Shown: positions 1 through 12,104, counted from the stretch's first letter. The stretch: DNA of 64,000 bases from Octopus sinensis (GCF_006345805.1 NC_042998.1:44392001-44456000); one strand, 5' to 3'. Notes: generated from the sequence alone by a model not told the origin. Numbers and translations are program-made.

Positions 1-66
1 GCTTAACACTTTCCTTGCCCACCAGTCCCCAATTTCTGGGCTTGTGCCAAAATGTGAACTATTTAT
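1..66 (+). mobile_element. 3' tail of a tRNA-derived SINE (family B; body lies before the window)
   Basis: cccc-aatttctgggcttgtgccaaaat...att matches the tails of the SINE copies at 58592-58778 and 59253-59450 (aaattccaggccttgtgcctattgtaggaaagactattatt). Confidence 0.5.
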
Positions 67-142
67 TACTTATTTTATTCTTGTCAATAATATAAGGATA
101 AGAAATCAAGAAGGCGCAAAAATGTGGAACAAAAATATACAG

Positions 143-194
143 TGATATTGACATATCTTTTTACCAATTATGATATTGACATATCTTTTTACCA
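143..194. repeat. Short tandem duplication, 28-bp period
   Basis: tgatattgacatatctttttacca occurs exactly at 143-166 and 171-194. Confidence 0.9.
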
Positions 195-395
195 CCTACT
201 CATCTATTTCTAGAACGGTCAGTAAATAAAACGAAAACAACACGAAATACTCAAATATCGTGGATCACAAATTATCATGGAAACCATAATTCTAAAGACC
301 ATATACACCTACCATATTATCGTTTTAACACGGACCCACACACACATACACACACACAACTAACATATGTGTGTGTGTGTGTGTTTATGAGTATA

Positions 396-754
396 TCTAT
401 TATATAAAATCCGTTCTGTCTGTGCGTGTGTCTTCTAAGATCTCGGGCATCCTCCATCCGATTGCGCTCAAATTTTATATGTAGATACCGACTGTATCAT
501 GGCGTGTATAAGTCTTGAAAAAATTACAAAACTCGATTCCAAGTGAGAACACGATCGATAAAGCAGTGGGAACGTGCATTTGTACGTGCAAGTACATTAG
601 TCGAAATCCATCTTTTGCTGGTGTCTCAAATTTAGGTTAAATCAGTGTTTCTCAAAGGGGAGGCCTAGGGACGGTCGGACAAGTCGTTTTGAGAAAATTT
701 GGTTTAAAGGTTTGACAACTCAGCACCGTCCGTTGGTCGGGGTGGGGCGTTTTG

Positions 755-757
<3 letters not shown>
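396..757 (+). mobile_element. Non-autonomous Helitron-like element, copy 1
   Basis: Starts A|TC-tattatataaaatccgttctgtctgtgcgtgtgtc; both end segments are shared with 32462-32922; GC-rich 3' end; no TIR or TSD seen. Class assignment rests on resemblance to known Helitron-N 5' ends. Confidence 0.5.
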
Positions 758-798
<41 letters not shown>

Positions 799-825
799 AA
801 CATATGATGGAAAAACTGTTCTGAA

Positions 826-873
826 GTGGTGCCCCAGCATGGCCGCAGTTTGATGATTGAAACAATTAAAAGG
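826..873 (+). mobile_element. Isolated SINE/LINE 3' tail fragment
   Basis: ggtgccccagcatggccgcagtttgatgattgaaacaattaaaagga matches the tails at 54044-54097 (SINE) and 57610-57668 (LINE). Confidence 0.6.
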
Positions 874-1020
874 ACACACATATAGACTCGTATATCTAAC
901 TGTTTGTGGATGTATGGCAATAATCCGATTAAAATCAATGAATTTAAATTCAAACATATGAACCTATATATATAAAGGAAAATACGAACACTTTATATAG
1001 TTTTAATATAATTTTTAATA

Positions 1021-1720
1021 TATTGACCGGTTTCGCTGTCGCTGTTCATGATATTATGTTTTACTTATTTGAATTTGTCCATGTTGTGTGTGATGATATT
1101 TACGAGTGAATAACTTCACAAGTAGAAAAATAAGGGGAGGTAATTGGTTATCGTTATTATTGTTATTCTTGTGGGCAAGGGAGATAACTGTTCAGCTTTC
1201 GGTAACGGCAGGAGAATAATGCTTTCGAAAAAAATTGTTTAGTGAGGGGATTTATGTACAGTGATGTAATCGTGAATTGAAATATGTAAAAAGATAAAAG
1301 TTGGTTATGCGTGCGTATTAAGACGTCTTCTGTATTTTTCAATGAAAAAAGTTTCTTTATGGAAACTTTCTTGTGGAGAGATTGTGGCTTTGCACTGCTA
1401 GAAGAGGAAGACAGTGAAATTTGGTTTGATGTTATTTGCACATTTTTCTATATGTTCACTGAAAGGAATTTGCCTGTATTGCGGGAATTTGCCTGTAATG
1501 CAAAGACATTTTATATGATTTTTAAGAATCAGTGTGAAACTTCTAAAATGTAGTTTTTATATCAAAGGAAAGTGTGATGGATCTGCTTATTATTTAACAA
1601 TCATTGGAATTGTGAAAATTTGTTGTTCCCTGTTAAATTATACAAAATATATACATTTTCAAAAGGGATGTAGACTTTTGCAAGTCACTGTATATTGATG
1701 ACTATATCGGTGCAACTTCG
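1021..1720 (-). mobile_element. Decayed PLE 3' end: GIY-YIG endonuclease C-terminus plus 3' UTR with degenerate hammerhead
   Basis: Minus strand 1500-1304 reads YRQIPFSEHIEKCANNIKPNFTVFLF*...HKETFFIEKYRRRLN, like the PLE endonuclease end and like KETFFIETYKPKPN at 49708. Downstream hammerhead-like remnant catgaacagcgacagc-gaaac-cg-gtc-aata at 1021-1052 has a broken CUGANGA core. Confidence 0.65.
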
Positions 1721-1737
1721 CTCTCTCGCGAACAACT

Positions 1738-2170
1738 AGACTCCTTCCTCTCTTTTGTCAAATCTTTCCAGCCTGCTCTTGAACTCTCCTGCGCTATTTC
1801 CAACACTTCCATGGCCTTTCTCGACATTTTGGTCAGCATTCATCACTCCACTATTACCGTCTCCATCCACTACAAACACACCAACTCACACTCATACCTC
1901 AACTTCTCCTCCCACCCTAAACACACCAAGCACTCCATCCCCGACTCCCAATTCCTCCGTCTGCCCAGGCTCTGCAGTAACAACCATGAATTTGAGACTC
2001 AGTCTCAACTCATGGCTCGCCACTTCATCGTTTGTGGAAATCGCCTCACCACTGTCCACACCGCCCTTGCCAGAGCAATTCCGCGGGCCGTGCATCTGTA
2101 CTCTCTCTTCGCTACTATGCGTCATATGGGCTCAAATACCCTCCTCTCTCCTCTCTTCCTCTCACACCTA
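1738..2170 (+). pseudogene. PLE reverse-transcriptase C-terminus/thumb fragment
   Basis: Reads ...SMAFLDILVSIHHSTITVSIHYKHTNSHSYLNFSSHPKHTKHSIPDSQFLRLPRLCSNNHEFETQSQLMARHF, the typical PLE FLD..YK.T.SH.YL..SSHP.H.K.SIP.SQFLRL.R.CS signature. Confidence 0.85.
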
Positions 2171-2179
2171 CTTCCTCAT

Positions 2180-2341
2180 ATTTATATGTGTGTGTATGTA
2201 TACAAATACATACATATATATAAATATGTGTGTATGTAGTTGCAAATGTCTATGTATCTGTATATTTGTATGCGTGTGTGCGTACATATTTAACACGCAC
2301 ACAGACATACATGCACCCGATATGCTTTGGTTTTAACTACG

Positions 2342-2377
<36 letters not shown>

Positions 2378-2987
2378 TATACATATATATATACACATAT
2401 ATATACACATATATATACATATATATATACACATATATATACACATATATATACACATATATATACACATATATATACATATATACACATATACACATAC
2501 ATATATATATATACATATATACACATACATATATATATACATATATACACATACATATATATACATATATACACATACATATATATATATACATATATAC
2601 ACATACATATATATATATATACATATATACACATACATATATATATACATACATATATACACATACATATATATACATACATATATACACATACATATAT
2701 ATACATACATATATACACATACATATATATACATACATATATACATACATATATATACATATATACACATACATATATATATATACATATATACACATAC
2801 ATATATATATACATACATATATACACATACATATATATATACATACATATATACACATACATATATATTATACATATATACACATACATATATATACATA
2901 CATATATACACATACATATATATATTCATACATTATACACATACATATATATATATTCATATATATATCATATATATATATATATTC

Positions 2988-3046
<59 letters not shown>

Positions 3047-3409
3047 CATATATATATACACATATATATATATATATACATATATATATACATATATATA
3101 TATACATATATACACATACATATATATATACATATATACACATACATATATATACATATATACACATACATATATATATATACATATATACACATACATA
3201 TATATATACATACATATATACACATACATATATATATACATACATATATACACATACATATATATTCATACATATATACACATACATATATATTCATACA
3301 TATATACACATACATATATATATTCATACATTATACACATACATATATATATATTCATATATATATCATATATATATATATATTCATATATATATACATA
3401 TATATATAA

Positions 3410-3441
<32 letters not shown>

Positions 3442-3456
3442 CATATATATATACAC

Positions 3457-3505
<49 letters not shown>

Positions 3506-3510
3506 GACAT
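2180..3510. repeat. Complex (TA)n/(TACA)n microsatellite array, about 1.3 kb
   Basis: Direct inspection; an internal marker recurs at 2923 and 3321 (398-bp spacing). Confidence 0.95.
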
Positions 3511-3671
3511 ATAAATATATATTCAAAAAGCAATAAAGATTCAAGTTAATTTAAATAAATTTACTTGAATATGGTACCTAACTTAGATGCACCAAAAAAA
3601 CTATACTGTTTTAACAATACAGTAATGTGGGGTGATTATAAGCGAGAAAGAAGCAACAAGAATGGATAGGT

Positions 3672-3762
3672 TTTTAGTACAATCGTTTCATACAAGGACA
3701 GGCTTTATTAAAAGTTGCAAAAATTACAGCATATAAACGTGTCCCGTACTCATCAGCTAAAA
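3672..3762 (-). ncRNA. Type I hammerhead ribozyme motif with extended (60-nt) stem II
   Basis: Minus strand: UUUUAG-CUGAUGA-[GUACGGGACA...UGUCCUUGUAU]-GAAAC-GAUU-GUA/CUAAAA. 6-bp stem I, intact core, G10.1-U11.1 wobble, predicted cleavage between 3678 and 3677. Confidence 0.8.
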
Positions 3763-3910
3763 TACATGTGAGTTCTCTAGACATCCTAGTGGTTGAGGCT
3801 ATACTCATGAAGTGATGTAGATAATTAAGTAACATAAACAGATTTCCAAAGTTCATTAAAGTTCTTTAAAGATGATGTACAGTCTTATCACAGAATTTTA
3901 AAAAAGTTTT

Positions 3911-4200
3911 AATAGCATCACAGAGAAGGTGACCTAATCCATAGTGCACATATGAATTTCCAGAGATATGAGGAGGGATTACATACTCACAGACGACAAA
4001 TTTATCCATTGTTAATCACAACGAGGTGGGTCTCAATTCCTGCTTATTAGCATTACAGAGAGGGTGAATTAATCCTTTGTATAGATGCACAATTTCCAAT
4101 GGTGTAGATGTAAATTTCCAGAGAAATGAAGAGGAATTTCATATTCACAGGCGATAAATTTATCAATGGTTGAACACAATGAGGTAGGTATCAATTCTTG
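3911..4200. repeat. Diverged tandem duplication (about 135 and 155 bp units) in the PLE 3' region
   Basis: aatagcatcacagagaaggtgacctaatcc...gaggtgggtctcaattcctg (3911-4042) versus attagcattacagagagggtgaattaatcc...gaggtaggtatcaattcttg (4046-4200). Confidence 0.8.
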
Positions 4201-4289
4201 TTATATGATTAGGTATTTGCCACATTAATCACATTACTGCTATTTACAAGAGGCTGTAGCTATTTAACTTTTAAAGGCTGAAGGGCTTT

Positions 4290-4480
4290 CTAGAGAGGCA
4301 AAGAACAGAAAAAGGGAAAGGGAAGAGAAGAAAAGAGAGAAAATAAAGGAGGGAGCAAAAAGGGGGGGACTAAAAGAGAAGAGAAAAGGAAAAAGAGAAT
4401 AAGAAGAAGAAAAAGAAAAAAGAGAAAAGAGAAAGAAATAGGGAAAGAAGGGAAAAAAAGAAAAAGAAAAAAAGAGGGTT
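4290..4480. repeat. Purine-rich (A/G) low-complexity tract; polypyrimidine on the PLE sense strand
   Basis: Almost pure A/G run of about 190 bp. Confidence 0.85.
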
Positions 4481-5203
4481 CTACTTATACAGAAGAATTA
4501 GTAGACGGCAAGTCTGGTTTTAATTTACAGGCATCTAGGAACTAGAGGAGAATATTATTCTTTGACCAGTAAAACAGCTAATTTATTGCTGTTGAAATCA
4601 GCTATGAATTTAAAGAGACTCTAAAGAGGTAACACGGTCAGGGGTTTAGGGGTCAGAGGCTAAAATCAAAAGAAAATACATTAGGAAAATCTAAGTATAA
4701 TCTTATCAAAAAGTCATTAAAATTTATTTATTTAATTTATTCATTTTATTGTCTTAAGGAGTTGCCGTTATTATTCATACATTGACGGACTACAGGTCAA
4801 ATCTTAGAAGATCATTTACAAGGTGTTAGGGAATTGTCTATCATAATGAAGATAATCCTATTATCACCGAGGGAGTAGCCTTATTTATTTAATTTTGAAA
4901 TAGAATTATGGGGCTTTAGTAACTCATTTTATTTTATTAAAGTTATGCTACTTAAATTAGATTAAGTTAAGAATTAAAATTAAAAATTACAATTAAGATT
5001 TAAAATTATGAGTTTGAAATTAAATAAAGCCTCAATTAAGCAGTGTATAAGTACTATTCATTTCCCTGTTCTCAAAAAACTGATGCAGATATAAGGAAAA
5101 AGATAACTGTAGTGTGAGAACTCTTAGTTATCTACTTAAAGCAGTGCTATACTAGTAAAAATCAAGTTATATCTATCTATCTATCTAGTTACGAATATTC
5201 TAA

Positions 5204-6832
5204 TCATTTAAAATATTTTAAAGTCTTCAATTTAGCGTGGACACAAACTTGACCTAGTTCAATATGGTTATTCAATAAGTTTCTATGTTTTCCATGCTTT
5301 AGAATTTCATACGTCTCCATGGAGCATAGTTGGCAACCAACCCTACTATTTCTATACGGAATTGCTCTCCTAACTATTTCCCAATTAAGGTTATAATTAT
5401 TATTATTATTTTTGAGTTCCCAGATTTTGTTTGAAAGTGTGGTGGTACCAGCTTTATGACGTAATTTAAAAGACGAGATGTGATTTCTAACTCTGGCTAG
5501 AAAATTAATTGTACATCCAATGTAAAAATATTTGTTATTCTCCGTGGATATGGTACATTTATAGATTACATTATTTTCCCCGCATAGACCAGGTGCCGGG
5601 CATTTTGATTTTATTCTACACCTACACACAGGAGGAACAACGTCAGGTTTTGGATTATTCTTGGGTAGATGTCTTAGGTTCCTATTATTTTGATTATCAT
5701 GAGTATAATTGTCCTTATTGTTATTAATATTTCTATAGTTGGTGCTGATCCCTAAAGTATTGCTATTATTTATTGATCCTTCTGTTTCATCATTTATGTC
5801 TAAAGTCCTACCATGATTTCTTATATTATTGGTAATGTTACTATTATTGTTAGTCTTTTTATCCGACTGCATATTGTTGTTATAGATATCACTGATATTT
5901 TCCTTCTCCTTATTTTCTCCATTAGCCTTATTTCTATTATTTCTATTATTAACATTATTACTTCTATTAATATCGGCATTGTTATTATTACTATTAATGT
6001 TAATGTTATTAGTCATTCTGTGGTTACTAATTTCACCTATGTTTTGATAGTTACTATTGCTGTTTTTATTGTTGGTAGTATTATTATAATTGCTATTGGT
6101 ATTCATGCTGATATTATTATTTTTATTTCTATCTTTCCTGGCTAGTTTAATGTTGTTATTATTAATCTTAGCTATTAAAGTGGACATATTTGGGAGGGTT
6201 GAATAAGAAATCCTAACTGTTTTCCTAGAAATAATTCTATGATATCTATGAGAGATAGGGAAATTTTTTTCCAGAATTACTTTGAATTTGTTCTGTATAT
6301 CCGATTGTATCGCACAGTTGAAAGGAATATTCAGCCATAATATATCTTTTTTATTAAATTTAGGGTTCGTAGAATTATTACTATTCATCTCACCGGAGTT
6401 ATTGTATTTATTACCATTATTTTTATTTTTATTTGTGTGCATCTTAGGTTTATCTACTTCGATATTATCCGAGTTACCTATGTTCTGGTCAATGCTTCTA
6501 TTTGAATTGTTGGGCCTGTACGTTAGATTAGCGTTTACCGTTAATTTAATTCTACTTTTATTTCGGGCTTGATCTGTATTGCTGCTTACGTGATTACTGA
6601 TAACTTCTTTATTAGGAATACGTGAGTTCTCCTTATCAACGAATGTAATCTTTTGGTTGTATCCAGCCTTAGTTAACGCCGCATTATAATGCTCAGAATG
6701 GGAGTTAAATATATCCTTATTGGATGATAATTTTGAAATTCTTAATGAAATATTTCTTACTAAAGATTCAATTATATTTGGGGGATGATTTGATAATTTA
6801 TTTACGTAATTCGTGATTTCGCCTTCCTTTCT
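5204..6832 (-). CDS. Uninterrupted 542-codon 3' part of a PLE ORF: RT thumb, two Asn-rich inserts, GIY-YIG endonuclease (no RT core, no genuine start)
   Basis: [13 protein letters not shown]...[10 protein letters not shown] (thumb); WLNIPFN...[26 protein letters not shown] (linker); [49 protein letters not shown] (endonuclease). The first 55 aa of the listed 597-aa ORF are microsatellite. Confidence 0.85.
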   Translation of the reverse strand, partial: RKEGEITNYVNKLSNHPPNIIESLVRNISLRISKLSSNKDIFNSHSEHYNAALTKAGYNQKITFVDKENSRIPNKEVISNHVSSNTDQARNKSRIKLTVNANLTYRPNNSNRSIDQNIGNSDNIEVDKPKMHTNKNKNNGNKYNNSGEMNSNNSTNPKFNKKDILWLNIPFNCAIQSDIQNKFKVILEKNFPISHRYHRIISRKTVRISYSTLPNMSTLIAKINNNNIKLARKDRNKNNNISMNTNSNYNNTTNNKNSNSNYQNIGEISNHRMTNNININSNNNNADINRSNNVNNRNNRNKANGENKEKENISDIYNNNMQSDKKTNNNSNITNNIRNHGRTLDINDETEGSINNSNTLGISTNYRNINNNKDNYTHDNQNNRNLRHLPKNNPKPDVVPPVCRCRIKSKCPAPGLCGENNVIYKCTISTENNKYFYIGCTINFLARVRNHISSFKLRHKAGTTTLSNKIWELKNNNNNYNLNWEIVRRAIPYRNSRVGCQLCSMETYEILKHGKHRNLLNNHIELGQVCVHAKLKTLKYFK

Positions 6833-6834
6833 AA

Positions 6835-7000
6835 ATATATATATATATATACACATATATATACACACATATATATATATACAGACACATATATATATAC
6901 ACACACATATATATATATACACAAATATATATATATACACACATATATAATACACATATATATATATATACATATATATATATACATATATATACACATT

Positions 7001-7034
<34 letters not shown>

Positions 7035-7072
7035 ATATATATACATACACAACCTATGTGCGTTCACATATA
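6835..7072. repeat. (TA)n/(CA)n microsatellite at the 5' truncation point of the PLE
   Basis: Direct inspection. Confidence 0.95.
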
Positions 7073-8399
7073 TATACATATGCGAACACACATTGATAAC
7101 ATTGATAATCTAATGACAAGTATTCGTGTATATTTAGTTTTACGCCAACTAAGTTTAATTAACCTTCTGAAGAAGCCTTCCTTGTGTGTAGAAACAATAT
7201 ATTTCTGCGAACTAATCACTACTGTTCTTCCTATCTCACTACCCACAGTTCTAATATTTGTTTGGCTTCCTCTTTGTTTTGCCACCCACTATTATCCGTT
7301 CGTCATACCTGAACGTTTATGCGTTTTACCGATAATCTGTTTCACGATTTCAATTCCTAGAGAAATCAATTTTACTTTCTTTTCCTTGTTTAATATATTT
7401 CGAGAAGGAATAAACGTTACAATCTTCTCGCTTTTTCTTTCCATAAAAAAATATATAGGTAATTTGCGTTTCCTGAAAACGAAATGAACCGTATAATCAT
7501 ATAATGATAAAACCACAGCGCAACTTGGTTTTCATAAATGACTTGGACTTGTTTGATGTATTTGCTCCTTAGAAAGCAATTCAACCATGGTTCATCAACG
7601 ACGTGTGGCCACAAAGAGCCATTTTGGTTTGTGAATGAATTTCGAAGGGACCCCACTATTATATTCAACTGATAAACTAGATATCTGTAAGAGATATGTT
7701 TGTTATTTAACGTTTGTGACATGTGTCTTTTGGTGCAATCAGTACACAGTAACTTCTCAGCGATTTTGAATTTAACCGGTGAAATTTAAAATTTAACTGT
7801 CCCTTCTACAGAACAAATCTAAGCACAAAATAATCGCCCCTTTTTTCCGATAGAATATTCAAATTAGAAAAATATTTTGCCTTTATAAATTGAAAGAATA
7901 AATACCATCACAAAAGGTTTTATTACTGCCCAAAAACCTGTATTAAATTAAAATCTGCCTCTAAGGCAGCACCAACGTAATGGTTATTGATAGTTCATTG
8001 TTCACTGAAATGAATGAAAAGTAAATAAGGAGGAACATTTCTTGAGAGGTGCCTATATTTTGTCTTAGTTTATCTTAATATGTGTTTGACCGCGGACTAG
8101 GCTTTTTCTAATTCAAGTCAACGTAGAAATCTACCTGCATTGTTGAATTTTGGATAATATACCCAACTTTTATCAGAATATGTCAAGCGTGTGCAATAAT
8201 GACAAGTAAGCAACAAGAACACTTAATCCATTATCTTTCTACATACACATTAAATGGATGCAAATCCTGTGGAGGATTTGTGTCACGCGAAAATCCTTAA
8301 TGAGATTCGTAATGCCAAGTATTCCAAGTATTATTCACTCTTCATCCATGCTACTATGTATTACTCACACAAGTAACAAATCACGATAATTATTGTGCA

Positions 8400-9780
8400 T
8401 GTAAAAAGTATAGATCAATATCTTAAATTTAAGAAATCTTTCTTTTATTTGGTAATTTCACGAAGATTTCGGTTTTTCATTGCCGGGTTCCAACCCGAGA
8501 CGAAAGAAGATGGGAAAAAAATTTCATTAGAATATTTATTTAAAAAGTTTGAAGTTGGATTTTCAAGATTTCAACTTTGTGATAATGGATCAAATATATG
8601 TTGATTGTATAACTGAGACGTAGCATTTCTCCGGTAACATGATTCAAATAGCCTTTATTCTAGTTGTGGAAATTATAACATGAGTTCCCTTCGTATCAAA
8701 TTATACCGGAGATAATGCACCAGATGATACAGGAAGCAATTATTTACTTTGGAATTATTCAACAAATGTACAATATGATGAGCAGCAGTAAATATCGGCG
8801 AGAAATTGTAGAACTACATTTGCCTGTTCATTTGTGTCATGTCCACAATGAAAATGTCAGCACGAATCAGAGTGTTAAACGTATTGCACAACATATACAC
8901 TCCGAGAGAGAAGCTTTTACTTAATTTGAAAACAAGTTTTACAGCGAAAGCTGAAACTGAATTAAAAGTTATTATTAAGATCGGATCTACATTTCAATGC
9001 ATTTATTGCCGTCACATGGTTACTGACAGCAATCCACCAATAAAATCTGGTAATTGAAGCACGTGATTATACATACGATTTTGAGGATAACATCGATAGT
9101 CTCATAAATGATATTCCACAAATTCATGAAGAATGGACTTCAATTTAGACTGCATCTAAACTATAAGCAGACAACAATGCAACTCCATCTGAATTCGCTC
9201 TTGTTCGTGCCTTACTATCTCAGTCTGACATCGAGCACTATCACAAAGCAAAGAATGGTCTTCTTTGTTTCCGTCAATTATATTCATTCTGATCTTGAAC
9301 AATGGTTAAGCCATTTCATTTGATTTGTTCACATTTTATATTTCTGTGGTAGATTAATAGTCTTAAGTGATGAAAATCTGCTTCCAGCATCTGAACAATT
9401 TAAGGAACAGTATCACATTCTATATTAAATGATCTTAGGCATGAAGATTTATTTCTTAAATGAATGTATCTAGTAAACTTTCAATTGAATTGCAAGTCAA
9501 AGAAATTCCCGTGGGAGATTCTAAGTTTAGGATTAGCAGGAATATTTCCAAATATGACTGTATTAAGAACTTTTCAAAGTTTACCTTCACATGTTGCTTA
9601 GAGTAAACGTATTTCAACGTTGAAGCAGATAAAGAATAGTTCAACTTCAGGGCCTGAACATGATTGGACCTGCCATGTTGATAGTTCTCATGTAAACAAG
9701 ACTTTATATTATTAACCAATGATCTTGCATTGTGAAAAATTCGTAACGCATCTGCGAAATAATAAACGTAAGTTTCTATA
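8400..9780 (+). pseudogene. Decayed hAT-superfamily transposase
   Basis: Fragments in shifting frames: QLCDNGSNI (cf. GQGYDNGANM), IYFGIIQQMYNMMSSSKYRREIVELHLP, MSARIRVLNVL (cf. TRWSARID), and LRTFQSLPSHVA*SKRISTLKQIKN near 9560-9640 (hATC dimerisation-like). Termini not identified. Confidence 0.6.
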
Positions 9781-10069
9781 TTTTGAGGAAATATTGAGGA
9801 ACGCATTGAAATTGGGAGAGAAAAATCCCTAATATTTTTATTTATGCTATCTGAAAATTAATTTGTAATTATGCAGAAACTGCCAAAAGCGATAGAAGTG
9901 ATCCTTTATTATAGAAGCAACACCTCACTTTATTTCCTTCACCTTGATTTTGAGGCCTCTGATATTGAAATCTGACTGGGATTCAGTCAGCTTGCGACGG
10001 CTTGCATACACTCGATATATTTAATTCATTTATAACTGAAACTTGGGATATTTCACCCATCACACACGC

Positions 10070-10079
10070 GCGCAAACAC

Positions 10080-10139
<60 letters not shown>

Positions 10140-10221
10140 CATATATATATATATATATACATACATACTATATATATATATATGCATACATACATATATA
10201 TACATGCATACATATATATAC

Positions 10222-10260
<39 letters not shown>

Positions 10261-10297
10261 CATATATATACATACATACATACATATATATATATGC

Positions 10298-10331
<34 letters not shown>

Positions 10332-10377
10332 ATGCATACATACATATATATATATATGCATACATATATATACATTC

Positions 10378-10408
<31 letters not shown>

Positions 10409-10628
10409 CATACATATATATATATACATACATATACATACATACATATATATACATACATACATACATACATATATATATATGCATACATACATATATA
10501 TGCATACATACATATATATGCATACATACATATATATATATACATACATACATACATATACATACATACATATACATACATATACATACATACATACATA
10601 CATATACATACATACATATACATACATA

Positions 10629-10679
<51 letters not shown>

Positions 10680-10813
10680 ATATATATGTATATTTTCTAC
10701 AGTATTACAGATACGCACACATAACACACACATCATCTATCTATCTGTCTGTCTGTCTATCTATTTACCTCTATTTACCTGTTTATCTCTCTCTCTCTCT
10801 CTATCTATCTATC

Positions 10814-10852
<39 letters not shown>

Positions 10853-10860
10853 ATATATAT
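10070..10860. repeat. Compound (CA)n/(TA)n/(TACA)n/(TCTA)n/(TC)n microsatellite
   Basis: Direct inspection. Confidence 0.95.
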
Positions 10861-11061
10861 CTCTATATAAAACTGATAATGTGTGTCTGAGAACTACACA
10901 ACCAATTTCATTCAAATTTTACACATGCCTTAGTAGTGTCATGGGCAAGAAAAATGTTTGACTTATTGCCTAGAGCGAGCCCACAGCAATATCATATATT
11001 CTTTACTATTTCAGTATTACGTGTTAAAAGTGAAACAAAAACATCTATTGTATGTATATGG

Positions 11062-11135
<74 letters not shown>

Positions 11136-12102
11136 CAAAATATAAAGTTATATCTTGAGATCGTTAGTGACAACAACGCTCAAAATATATAAAAGACTGG
11201 AATAGTAGTGCTCAAATGAGCTGTATACACTTTTTAATCCGATGGGAGGCAATGCGAGCAGCAACTACAAGAGCACAACGAAACCCACAGAAAGATCAAA
11301 CACATTCATATATTCATTTATATCTACAGAACAGACATAAAGCCCGACGTTTAGAAATATATAGTAATATATATATAAACATCATATAAAAATATATTGT
11401 ACGCATAAGATCCACTCGACGTTCCATAAGAAATTTAGAAATGAAAATTGCAATAAAAGTTAGACGTAACAATAACAATTGAATTAAATATAGTAAATAT
11501 AGTAAGTAGTAATTAAATATATTTTATTTTATTAAAATGGTAATTAAATCGTAATATAACAATTAAAATAAAAAGTAGCAATTAGTATAAAATGTATCAA
11601 GGACTTGAACTCGAATATGTGCTTTGCATGAATGGGAGAAATTAAAACATGAAAAATTTAATTGAGTGCAGAAGTGAATTAGTCCAGATGGAGCTGTTCC
11701 CATAACATTTACTATAGCTGCTAGATTGAATTATATGCTTATAAAGCACCATTCAGTATCTATGAGAATTTTGGGGAGTACGTAATGTCTGGTCTTTCGC
11801 ATGTAGCAGGTATGTAATTGTGCATTTGTTTCCGTGTACTATGTGTTGTGTGTAAAAAACATCCTGACAAGGGGAGTGTCAATTTTAAATATATGATATG
11901 TTTCATATTAATTGGTGCATCTCCGAAACGGCCCGTCGATGAACTTTTAGGTATTTTTGTAAATTTTCTTCTATGTATTTTTCTCTGGAATTTTAATTCT
12001 TTTTTTAATATGTCATTGTATGTTTTATTACCCTAAATTTTTAATTTACCAAATTTATACCAAACTAGCATTATGACCCGGCGTTGCCGTGTCATAATGC
12101 TA

Positions 12103-12103
<1 letters not shown>
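10860..12103 (+). mobile_element. Possible composite non-autonomous Helitron-like element
   Basis: 5' A|TC-tctatataaaactgataatgtgtgtctg resembles the start at 58856; ends in the same hairpin plus CTAG|T as 59178-59218. That both ends belong to one element is an inference. Confidence 0.4.

Positions 12104-12104
<1 letters not shown>
12064..12104. other. Helitron-type 3' terminal hairpin (14-bp perfect stem ending CTAG-T)
   Basis: actagcattatgac-ccggcgttgccgt-gtcataatgctagt. Confidence 0.8.

Larger units (their letters stand above)
3510..6835 (-). mobile_element. 5'-truncated PLE with C-terminal GIY-YIG endonuclease (Hydra-clade-like), bounded by TA-rich arrays at both ends
   Basis: Thumb-linker-endonuclease ORF at 6832-5204, about 1.7 kb of 3' region, and a sense-strand hammerhead at 3672-3762. 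The clade label rests on recalled motif architecture (CxCx5Cx5C before and CxxC after the endonuclease). Confidence 0.8.

Noticed and set aside
2230-3549. 439-aa ORF and dozens of similar I/Y/T/H/C/V-rich ORFs (for example 10002-10870, 21149-21628, 26204-27110, 41166-41750, 43421-43927, 54044-54561, 57649-58069)
   Set aside because: Translations of (TA)n/(CA)n/(TACA)n repeats, which lack stop codons in most frames; no coding signal.
7160-7210. ctgaagaag...gaaac spacing suggestive of a hammerhead
   Set aside because: No stem II pairing and no NUH site after stem III.
8623-8718. 14/15-bp inverted repeat with a 67-nt loop (pre-miRNA or MITE-like)
   Set aside because: Short, lies within the hAT coding relic, the loop is unpaired, and there is no second copy in the window.
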